From assembly GCF_000010625.1 (NCBI RefSeq), contig NC_010296.1, positions 5,730,001 to 5,762,000 of the forward strand: a DNA stretch of 32,000 bases. Reading direction: 5' to 3'. The notes beneath the pieces are model-generated. The model was not told the origin of the DNA. It saw nothing but the letters and a program-made list of their open reading frames with translations, and searched no databases. Origin of the DNA: Microcystis aeruginosa NIES-843. GTDB lineage: Bacteria; Cyanobacteriota; Cyanobacteriia; Cyanobacteriales; Microcystaceae. A program made the translations under genes and the position numbers. This document shows positions 1 through 7,167 of the stretch, in pieces. Each line of letters starts with the position of its first letter. Position 1 is the stretch's first letter.

Positions 1-462
1 ACAATTCAGATTATTATTTTTCTGGTTTCAGCAGTTATGGTAGCTTTACTAACTTATTGGGTTAATTTCACCAAAATGGGCAAAGCTTTACAAGCGGTAG
101 CTGAAGATGTCACCACGGCCAGTTTGTTGGGAATCAATCCCGAAAAATTTATTGTGATTACCTTTTTTATCAGTGGTGCCTTGGCAGGTTTAGCAGGAAC
201 TTTAGTCGGTTCTAGTGTTAGTATTGCTGGACCCTATTTCGGCATTGCTTTCGGATTAAAAGGTTTAGGAGTGATCGTTTTAGGGGGATTGGGAAGTATC
301 CCCGGAGCGGTCATCGGTGGTTTATTATTGGGTATTGCAGAAGCTTTTGTTCCCGCAGAATATTCTGGTTATCGAGAGGCGATCGCTTTTGCTATTCTCT
401 TTATTATGTTGTTAGTTCGTCCCCAGGGTTTACTAGGCAGAAAGTTAATTCAAAAAGTCTAA
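1..462 (+). CDS. livH: Branched-chain amino acid ABC transporter permease (LivH/NatD-type), C-terminal part; 5' end lies outside the window
   Basis: Frame 1 is open from base 1 with no stop before the listed Met. The product is a glycine-rich hydrophobic multi-TM sequence ending LLVRPQGLLGRK, which is typical of LivH-family permease C-termini. Confidence 0.8.
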   Translation, partial: TIQIIIFLVSAVMVALLTYWVNFTKMGKALQAVAEDVTTASLLGINPEKFIVITFFISGALAGLAGTLVGSSVSIAGPYFGIAFGLKGLGVIVLGGLGSIPGAVIGGLLLGIAEAFVPAEYSGYREAIAFAILFIMLLVRPQGLLGRKLIQKV

Positions 463-468
463 GTCGGT

Positions 469-1467
469 TTAATTGTCCGCGAGAAAAACTGTTTTTCCCG
501 ACAAAGAAGATTGATAGGCAGCATAGGCTACTTCTAGGGCATAAAGACTGGCTTGGGGAGTAACATAAAGAGGAACCCGATCGAACAGATAATCTAGCAC
601 CATGGCGGTATCTTTGGCAAAAAGACCGCGACGGGTTTCCACTTCTAAAGCTTGGCTACCTTCACTATTAATTAACTGCCCTTTTTCGCCTTCAAAAATT
701 AAGCTGCCCCCCTCCCCATGAATAGTGAAAGTTCGCTCATTTTGCCAAAAAACTTCGCCTTTACCGTAGGTAACTTCGGCAATTAAGCCATTTTTAAATA
801 ATAACTGCGCCTCACACAAACAGGCCAGAAAATAATCGGATTCTGGAGCATTCCAATAACGACAATGACAGGATACGGACTCCACTTCCCCAAATAAATT
901 AGTAAAGCGATGGATACGAGAAAGGGCAGCGATCAAAGGAAAACCGAATAAATCCCGATGAAATGTCCAGCGCCGGAGTGCTGGTCTGCCAGGGACGATC
1001 GTGGTATAACGGGCTAGGTGGATATTGCCGAGGCTGGCTAAATACTGCTGTTGGGTTTGATGCAGTCCCCCCAAAAGTTCAATATGTTCGACGTGCAGTA
1101 ATTTGTTCTCGGTTTCGGCTAAGGTGATTAATTCTGCCGCCGCTGCTGGGTGAAAAGCCAGGGGATACTCGACGATAACGTGCTTACCGGATTTTAAGGC
1201 AGTACGGGCGATCGAGGCATGGGCTTGATTAACGTTGGCAATGACAATCAGATCGAGATCGGGATGGCTGGCCAGGCTTACTGCCGAATCTAGGGCAGAA
1301 ATTTGGTATTTTTGCGAGAAATTAGCGATCGATTCGGCACTATTACCGCTAACATACAAAAGCTGGGCGCGATCATCCGCTTGCAAGCTTTCAGCGCGAC
1401 GTTGAGCGGCGAACCCTGTCCCAACTATACCAATTTTCAGGGGATGATTAGAAGTCATCGGGGGCAT
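469..1467 (-). CDS. Gfo/Idh/MocA-family NAD(P)-dependent oxidoreductase, possibly biliverdin reductase (BvdR)-like
   Basis: 332-aa ORF with an N-terminal Rossmann motif (KIGIVGTGFAAQRRAE) and a conserved-looking HVEHIELLGG segment. My recollection is that cyanobacterial BvdR has this size and these motifs, but I cannot verify that without a search. Confidence 0.75.
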   Translation of the reverse strand: MPPMTSNHPLKIGIVGTGFAAQRRAESLQADDRAQLLYVSGNSAESIANFSQKYQISALDSAVSLASHPDLDLIVIANVNQAHASIARTALKSGKHVIVEYPLAFHPAAAAELITLAETENKLLHVEHIELLGGLHQTQQQYLASLGNIHLARYTTIVPGRPALRRWTFHRDLFGFPLIAALSRIHRFTNLFGEVESVSCHCRYWNAPESDYFLACLCEAQLLFKNGLIAEVTYGKGEVFWQNERTFTIHGEGGSLIFEGEKGQLINSEGSQALEVETRRGLFAKDTAMVLDYLFDRVPLYVTPQASLYALEVAYAAYQSSLSGKTVFLADN

Positions 1468-1491
1468 TCTGGCGACATTAATTATCGGGAA

Positions 1492-1590
1492 GTGGGGTGC
1501 GGGGTGTGGGGTGCGGGGAGATAGGGAGATAGGGGAATTTCAACTAATACCCCAAAACCCTAAAACCCCAACTCTCAACTCCTGAATACT
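1492..1590. repeat. STRR-like heptamer array: G-rich module (GTGGGGT/GCGGGGT/GATAGGG) followed by a C-rich/CTCCTGA-type module
   Basis: Direct reading: gtggggtgcggggtgtggggtgcggggagatagggagatagggg ... ccccaaaaccctaaaaccccaactctcaactcctgaa. The two-module architecture matches 4741-4860 and, in reverse orientation, 8318-8433. Confidence 0.85.
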
Positions 1591-1739
1591 TTCTACAGCA
1601 ATTCTGCCTTTCCTAGCTTTATCTTGGCAATTAACTGCTCTATTATCTCAAAAATAGCACTCTAAAAGATGTGGGAGGGTGAATTCATATTTTTAATGGA
1701 CAACGCCAATTTTTTGCTCCTGTTTAGGCCCCGGATCTT

Positions 1740-2015
1740 CTAAACTGCCGTCGGTTGTCGGGGAGCATGACGACGAGGGGAAACCACCACGGGAGTGGGC
1801 GACACCGTACAGGTTAATTCTAGAGACTGTTCTAAACTAACCACCCGATTGAGTTGTTGCCATTCAGTACTAAAAGGAGGCATCGCTAGAGCGCAGGCTT
1901 TCCAATGAGCTTCGACGGGAACATCTAGTTGTTGACAAGTGCCACCGCGCCGACCTTGGGTTTGATAGTATCGGCAGTATCGACAGGAAGAGGTAAGAAA
2001 GTTTGCGGCTTGCAT
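1740..2015 (-). CDS. Small hypothetical protein with four Cys near the N-terminus (CRYCRYY...C...C)
   Basis: 91-aa ORF in an otherwise empty interval. It overlaps an 84-aa ORF in another frame, and I cannot decide between the two from composition alone. Confidence 0.4.
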   Translation of the reverse strand: MQAANFLTSSCRYCRYYQTQGRRGGTCQQLDVPVEAHWKACALAMPPFSTEWQQLNRVVSLEQSLELTCTVSPTPVVVSPRRHAPRQPTAV

Positions 2016-2391
2016 GGGTTGGCTTTAAAAGGAAGATGATTATAGGGAACTCAAGGGATGACTCTCTTTTCGCTCTGTGTAATATTGTCCTACCCTGTGC
2101 CAAGGGTATTTTCCTGACTACCACAGCTAGAACTGATATGCCATATAGTTTTTAGTGATCCCCAAAAAAAATTTTATTTTTAGAATCTTTTAATAGTTAC
2201 TTTGCAAAAAGCAGCACTGTCTCAAAACTGAAGAGTTCAACTCAGTTGTGGCCGAGGTTATTGGGTCTAGTATCAGCAATAACAGAACGGGGATCAAGCC
2301 TTAGCTCGATAGAATTGATGAATACAGGTTCAATTAAGACAGAAAAGATCGGCCAATTGATTCCTGACTCAAAACCACTCTTTCCACAATA

Positions 2392-2952
2392 CTATAAAAA
2401 AATTGCATCTTTTACCCCGCCCGACTGGGCAAAACAAAAAGCACAACATTGCCAACGCTCAAGCTCTCCGGAGGGAGTGGGAGACTGACAACGAGGGCAA
2501 ATTGGCCAGGATCGGGTTCTATGACGTATTTTCTGGCTCCAAGTCTCTAAAATGTCCGGTTGCTGGGGATTTTCTGGCGGTTTTTCTGGGGTGACATAGC
2601 TAGGATGATCTCTGAGGGAATTAGGCGCGATCGCTTCTGGGGGAATTAACTGACTATCCTGCTGCCAACGGGCAGCAGAAAAGCGGATATCGCTCAAGGG
2701 AGTCTCTAACTGACTATTAAGCCGTTTTAATAAGCTATAGCGTTGTAAAGACAATTCCTGTGCTAAAGCGGCGCTACTGGTAGCCACCGATAAAACCCCG
2801 CAACTCAGGGAAAAAGGCCGGGTTTGCTCAAGCAGACGGGGATTAATAATTTTTGGCCACAATTGCAGCACTTGATCATAGTGGCGATATTCTTCCCAAC
2901 CCGCCTGTTGAGTAATAACCGCCAAAATTTTGTCAAGAGAATGTAAAGACAT
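2392..2952 (-). CDS. DUF721 (DciA-like) protein with a C-terminal CxxC...CxxC zinc ribbon
   Basis: 186-aa ORF. The N-terminal region (LxxVL..Q.GWEE....LW..IV....A..T.P..L..GVL.V...S.A.A.EL....) fits the DUF721 pattern. The C-terminus carries CPRCQ...CCAFC. Confidence 0.7.
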   Translation of the reverse strand: MSLHSLDKILAVITQQAGWEEYRHYDQVLQLWPKIINPRLLEQTRPFSLSCGVLSVATSSAALAQELSLQRYSLLKRLNSQLETPLSDIRFSAARWQQDSQLIPPEAIAPNSLRDHPSYVTPEKPPENPQQPDILETWSQKIRHRTRSWPICPRCQSPTPSGELERWQCCAFCFAQSGGVKDAIFL

Positions 2953-3053
2953 AGGGAAAATCTAGGGAATACTACGTTAGACTAGGACGAAAAAACCCCT
3001 AAGTAGCTGGTTATAATTAAATTAAAAATGGATTTTAGGTTCGATCCCCCCTG

Positions 3054-3109
3054 CCCCCCTTGATAAGGGGGGTGCCGATCCCCCCTTAGTCCCCCCTTGA
3101 TAAGGGGGG
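3054..3109. repeat. Two copies of a 19-nt GC-clamped palindrome, CCCCCCTTGATAAGGGGGG (3054-3072 and 3091-3109)
   Basis: Read directly. Each copy can form a 6-8 bp C6/G6 hairpin. The spacer contains a related gatcccccctta motif. Looks like a small MITE-like or REP-like intergenic element. Confidence 0.8.
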
Positions 3110-3169
3110 TTTCTGATAATTTTTAACGCCTACCTACTTAACTTTTCAGCATAACCCTATAATACCGTC

Positions 3170-4060
3170 ATGAAATCCGATCGACCCCCATCCTCCCAAG
3201 ATTTGCCCCTCTCGATCGTCCATCAACCCAGTTCAGCCATCGATCCCGCTCAGGAACCAGAATACCTAGAAGCTTCTGTCATTAACGTCTATCCCCAAGC
3301 TGAAGATGTCTTTTTTACCCCTTGGGGTATCCGGGCAATGGTGATCTTTTTAATTGCTAATAGTCTCCTCAGTCTCAATCAATGGTTAACCAATACTACC
3401 CCCACCCCGAGGAAAACTGAGAATTCCCCCCGCGAGCAGCGCCAAAATAACTCCCGCCACCTCGATCGATTGATAGCGATCGCTCGTCCAGTACAGAAAA
3501 CTCCTCAAACCAGTCCGATCGTTAATATTCCCGCTCCTCCGGTTAAAACTAGCCCGATAACTAACATTCCCGCCCCACCAGTGGTTCAGAGTCCCCCCAG
3601 AGCTAGAAATCTGACTAATGCCCTCTTACCCCCGAATCCGCCACCGTCCCCAATGCCGGCCCATCAATTACCCGTCAGTAAGATCAAGCAATCTTTACCC
3701 GTCGCCCCCCCGAACCCCAGCACCCCGCCCGTATCTTCCCTAGTTTCTGCACCACCGCCACCACCGCCCCAAGTTACCCCCGCCCCCTCGACCGCGATCA
3801 TTAACGAACGAATGTTGGAGGAATTGCGTCAAAGAGAAGAATCACCCGCTAATTTACCCTTTTTTCAACGGGAAAAAGCCCGTCGCTTGGCCAATCAAAA
3901 CCGACAGGAGGCGGTGGAGTTAATGAAACAGTTACCGCCAGAATTACAAGCATCCCCTTCTCCCAGTAGTCCGGCACCTTCAGAAACAGCCGATCCCTCC
4001 CAGTCCCCCGTCCCTAGTTCTATCATTATTGATAGGAGCGGCACTTCGGTAAACTATTAG
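3170..4060 (+). CDS. Proline-rich protein with one predicted TM segment (hypothetical)
   Basis: 296-aa ORF with a hydrophobic stretch (GIRAMVIFLIANSLLSL), the internal repeat SPIVNIPAPPVKT/SPITNIPAPPVVQ, and long PPPP runs. Its stop lies 22 nt before the pspA start on the same strand. Confidence 0.6.
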   Translation: MKSDRPPSSQDLPLSIVHQPSSAIDPAQEPEYLEASVINVYPQAEDVFFTPWGIRAMVIFLIANSLLSLNQWLTNTTPTPRKTENSPREQRQNNSRHLDRLIAIARPVQKTPQTSPIVNIPAPPVKTSPITNIPAPPVVQSPPRARNLTNALLPPNPPPSPMPAHQLPVSKIKQSLPVAPPNPSTPPVSSLVSAPPPPPPQVTPAPSTAIINERMLEELRQREESPANLPFFQREKARRLANQNRQEAVELMKQLPPELQASPSPSSPAPSETADPSQSPVPSSIIIDRSGTSVNY

Positions 4061-4082
4061 GGTTCCTATCGGGAGGACGGCA

Positions 4083-4739
4083 ATGGGTTTGTTTGATCGC
4101 ATGGGCCAAGCAATTCGCGCCCAAGTCAATAGTCTGATTCAGGAAAATCAAGATCCCGAAAAACTGCTGGAAAAGGCGATCTTGGCGATGGAAGGGGAAT
4201 TGATGCAAATGCGACAAGCCCTGGCGGCAGCCGTCGCTACCCAGAAACGTACCGAGCGCCAACGACAACAACAGGAAAAAGCGGCCCAAACTTGGCACGA
4301 ACGCGCCCAATTAGCCCTACATCACGGTAACGAGGAACTCGCCCGCCAAGCTCTCAGCCAATGGCAAACCTATCAAAGTCAGATCGCCCCCCTACAAACC
4401 TCCCTGCAACAACAGACGGCTATTATACAAAAGTTAAAGAAAGAACTCTTGACAATTGAACGCAAATATGCTGAGATGAAAGCACAAAAAAGCCTTTATG
4501 TGGCCAGATTGCGATCGGCGAGTGCCAGTCAAAAAGCCCAAGAAATTATGGGCAGTTTGAACAGCAGTCAGATGGGAACTATTTTCGAGAAATTAGAAGC
4601 AAAAGTCTTAGAAGCCGAATCCCAAGCCGATTTAATCCAGTATAAAGACCCCTTAGAGCGACAATTCCAAGATTTGGAGGGACAAAAACAAATTGAAGCG
4701 GAATTACTCAAGTTAAAACAAGAAAACTTGGATGGGTGA
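4083..4739 (+). CDS. pspA: PspA (phage shock protein A / IM30 family, short form without the Vipp1 C-terminal tail)
   Basis: 218 aa with the N-terminus MGLFDRMGQAIRAQVNSLI...DPEKLLE, diagnostic of PspA/Vipp1. It has coiled-coil composition and a GGGAGGA ribosome-binding site 5 nt upstream. Confidence 0.9.
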   Translation: MGLFDRMGQAIRAQVNSLIQENQDPEKLLEKAILAMEGELMQMRQALAAAVATQKRTERQRQQQEKAAQTWHERAQLALHHGNEELARQALSQWQTYQSQIAPLQTSLQQQTAIIQKLKKELLTIERKYAEMKAQKSLYVARLRSASASQKAQEIMGSLNSSQMGTIFEKLEAKVLEAESQADLIQYKDPLERQFQDLEGQKQIEAELLKLKQENLDG

Positions 4740-4740
4740 T

Positions 4741-4860
4741 GTGGGAAGTGGGGTGTAGGGTGTGGGGTGTGGGGTGTGGGGTGTGGGGTGTAGGGTGTGG
4801 GGTGTGGGGAGAAAAAAGCTGTCTCCTGACTCTTGACTCCTAACTCCTATCGCCTATCCT
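4741..4860. repeat. STRR-like heptamer array: about 10 x GTGGGGT (4741-4810), then about 5 x CTCCTGA-type heptamers (4824-4860)
   Basis: Read directly. It starts 2 nt after the pspA stop. The + strand (mRNA sense) carries at least 8 GGGG runs separated by TGT. Confidence 0.9.
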
Positions 4861-4960
4861 AGCTCTCGTGGTTTATATTAGAGAATAAGCCGTTAGGCAA
4901 GATAGGAAATTTTAAGAACAGTTAACTGATTTAGTACACACCGAGAGGAACAAGAGCGTC

Positions 4961-5734
4961 ATGGGTTTATTCGATCGCCTTAGCCGAGTTGTCCGAGCTA
5001 ACCTCAATGATATGGTGAGCAAGGCTGAAGATCCAGAAAAAATGCTGGAACAAGCTGTCAGTGATATGCAAGAGGATCTAGTACAGGTACGTCAAGCGGT
5101 CGCTAGAGCGATCGCCGAACAGCGACAAACGGAACAAAAATACAGCAAAGACCAGTCAGAAGCCAATAAATGGGAACAAAGAGCCAAATTAGCCCTTTCT
5201 AAAGGGGATGAAACTCTCGCCAGGGAAGCTCTTAAACGCAAGAAAGATTTCACGGAAACCGCCGCCATTCTCAAAAATCAACTGGATCAGCAAACGGTAC
5301 AGGTAGATAGTCTGAGAAAAAACTTGATTGCGCTCGAAAGTAAGATTTCTGAGGCAAAAACCAAGAAAAATATGTTAGTAGCTCGCTCCAGAGCCGCAAA
5401 AGCTAACGAAGAAATCCAAAAAACCCTCGGCAGTATCGATACCAGTAGTTCCATGTCCGCTTTTGAGCGCATGGAAGAAAAAGTTGTGCAGATAGAAGCC
5501 CGTAGTCAAGCGATCGGTGAATTGGGTGGCATCGACATGGAACGTCAATTCGCTGCACTAGAATCGGGTAGCGATGTGGAGGATGAATTAGCAATGCTGA
5601 AAGCACAAATGTCCGGGGGAGCATTACCGGGTACAGCTTCTAGTCAACCCACTTTACCCCAAGCAACCACCGTCAGGGATTCGGCAGTGGATGCGGAATT
5701 AGAGGAATTGCGATCGAAGTTGAAAGAACTGTAA
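4961..5734 (+). CDS. vipp1: Vipp1 / IM30 (vesicle-inducing protein in plastids 1)
   Basis: 257 aa with the N-terminus MGLFDRLSRVVRANLNDMVSKAEDPEKMLEQ. It has the extra C-terminal extension ending DSAVDAELEELRSKLKEL that distinguishes Vipp1 from PspA. Confidence 0.9.
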   Translation: MGLFDRLSRVVRANLNDMVSKAEDPEKMLEQAVSDMQEDLVQVRQAVARAIAEQRQTEQKYSKDQSEANKWEQRAKLALSKGDETLAREALKRKKDFTETAAILKNQLDQQTVQVDSLRKNLIALESKISEAKTKKNMLVARSRAAKANEEIQKTLGSIDTSSSMSAFERMEEKVVQIEARSQAIGELGGIDMERQFAALESGSDVEDELAMLKAQMSGGALPGTASSQPTLPQATTVRDSAVDAELEELRSKLKEL

Positions 5735-5749
5735 AACTTTGAGAGCGTC

Positions 5750-5783
5750 GAGACGTACCATCTACGGTACGTCTCTATTTATT
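5750..5783 (+). terminator. Hairpin terminator after vipp1
   Basis: Perfect 10-bp stem, GAGACGTACC (5750-5759) pairing with GGTACGTCTC (5766-5775), a 6-nt loop, then a T-rich tail (tatttatt). Confidence 0.6.
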
Positions 5784-5840
5784 AATTTTGTTGTTGAGAT
5801 AGGGAATATTAATTGCTAGTCATAATTAACCATCACTATT

Positions 5841-6812
5841 ATGCGGGATGATTTATCTAATTTACGTTCCTCAATTATCGAAGTAATTGCCTTACAAAAA
5901 AGAGCCGAACAACAGTACAACCAGGCACAAGCTGAGGTTTTAAAATGGCAAGAAAGAGTTAAACTCGCCCTAGATAAAGGTGATGAGTCTCTGGCACAAG
6001 AAGCTAATATAAAGAAAAAACATCACATTAATACCGCAAATATTATTAAAAATCAACTGGAAAAACTGAATATCCAAGTTGATAAACTGAAAGAAAAATT
6101 GCCAATTTTAGAAAGAAAGATTAACGAAAAAAGTATCGGCAGTATAGATACTAGCATTGACAAGGCGGTTTTTGAAGTCCCAGAGGGAAAAGTTAGACAA
6201 TTGCAAGATCCTAGTCAAATTTATGACGAATTGGACGGGATGGCAATCGAAAAGAAATTACCAAGATTAGACATGGCCGAAATAATCACTTTACAAAAAA
6301 GAGCAGAACAACAATATAATCAAGAACTAGCGGAAATTTTAAAATGGGACAGGAGAGCTAAATTAGCTAGATCTGAAGTAGATTATTCCCTTGTTAGAGA
6401 AGCTTTTAGACAAAAAGAGAATCATATTAATATCGCCAATATTATCAAAAGTCAGATCGAACAAATTAAAACTCAAGTCGATACTTTAGCAAAAAACTTA
6501 ACTATTTTTGAGAATGGGAACAATAGTATTTACCGTTCAGCTTTTGAGCGCATGGAAGCAAAATTTATGCAGTTAGAATCCAGTAGTCAAGCTGACGGTG
6601 AAATCGGTGGCATCGGCATGGAACATCAATTCACGCTAGAAGCGGGTAGCGATGTGGATGATGAATTAGCACTGCTAAAAGCACAAATGTCTGGGGGAGT
6701 ATTACCCAGTACAACTTCTAATCAAAGCAATTTACCCCCAGCAACTACCGTCAGCGATTCAGCAGTAGATGCAGAATTAGAGGAATTGCGATCGAAGTTA
6801 AAAGAACTGTAA
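5841..6812 (+). CDS. Aberrant Vipp1-like paralog: two tandem degenerate Vipp1 core repeats plus one Vipp1 C-terminal tail; no N-terminal amphipathic helix
   Basis: 323-aa ORF. Residues ~13-140 and ~146-265 both align to the Vipp1 core (LQKRAEQQYNQ..AE.LKW..R.KLA....). The last ~95 aa, and ~25 nt past the stop, are close to vipp1 at the nucleotide level. The ORF stays open through AT-rich DNA. I see no obvious Shine-Dalgarno sequence. Confidence 0.65.
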   Translation: MRDDLSNLRSSIIEVIALQKRAEQQYNQAQAEVLKWQERVKLALDKGDESLAQEANIKKKHHINTANIIKNQLEKLNIQVDKLKEKLPILERKINEKSIGSIDTSIDKAVFEVPEGKVRQLQDPSQIYDELDGMAIEKKLPRLDMAEIITLQKRAEQQYNQELAEILKWDRRAKLARSEVDYSLVREAFRQKENHINIANIIKSQIEQIKTQVDTLAKNLTIFENGNNSIYRSAFERMEAKFMQLESSSQADGEIGGIGMEHQFTLEAGSDVDDELALLKAQMSGGVLPSTTSNQSNLPPATTVSDSAVDAELEELRSKLKEL

Positions 6813-7167
6813 AACTTTGAGATTGTCGAGACGTATTACAGCCCTTCTCATCAATATGAAGTATAGCCTAATCTGGTATCTAAGACCGAAGACTGGCTAA
6901 TGTTAACCGTTTCGGGGTTCCCCAGAACAAAAACTTTGTACCTCATCATTATAAAAAAATTCCCAAATAATGCCGCTCAAAACCCTTTAATTCTGAAGAT
7001 AATCCTAAGATTCAGCCCGAAAAAGAGCCAGAAAGGTGAGGATAGCTAGGATGGAAGTGAAAAGCAATTTTGACTCGAAATTATCCCAAGGGATCGATCG
7101 CATTTAACGAAACCCTTACCCCAACAGCATAAGACAAGAGAAGGACTTATTAAGGAGAAACCCAGCC

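Noticed and set aside
1870-2124. 84-aa ORF overlapping the 91-aa ORF at 1740-2015
   Set aside because: At most one of the two can be real. The 84-aa product is Ser/Arg/Leu-rich low-complexity sequence without a plausible start context. Even the 91-aa call is kept only at low confidence.
3030-3055. tRNA-like T-loop sequence (aGGTTCGATCCCCC)
   Set aside because: The T-stem does not pair (ttagg vs ccccc). I found no acceptor, D or anticodon arms around it. The sequence belongs to the C-rich palindromic repeat.
4741-4810. The heptamer arrays could be a CRISPR array
   Set aside because: The repeat unit is only 7 nt, the units are contiguous with no spacers, and there are no cas genes in the window.
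6813-7167. 355-bp gap between the third Vipp1-like gene and pntAA could hold an sRNA or small gene
   Set aside because: I could find only weak 5-bp hairpins, no ORF with a credible start, and no recognisable ncRNA motif. It is most simply the pntA promoter and leader. It would be worth a look in RNA-seq, but nothing in the sequence supports a call.
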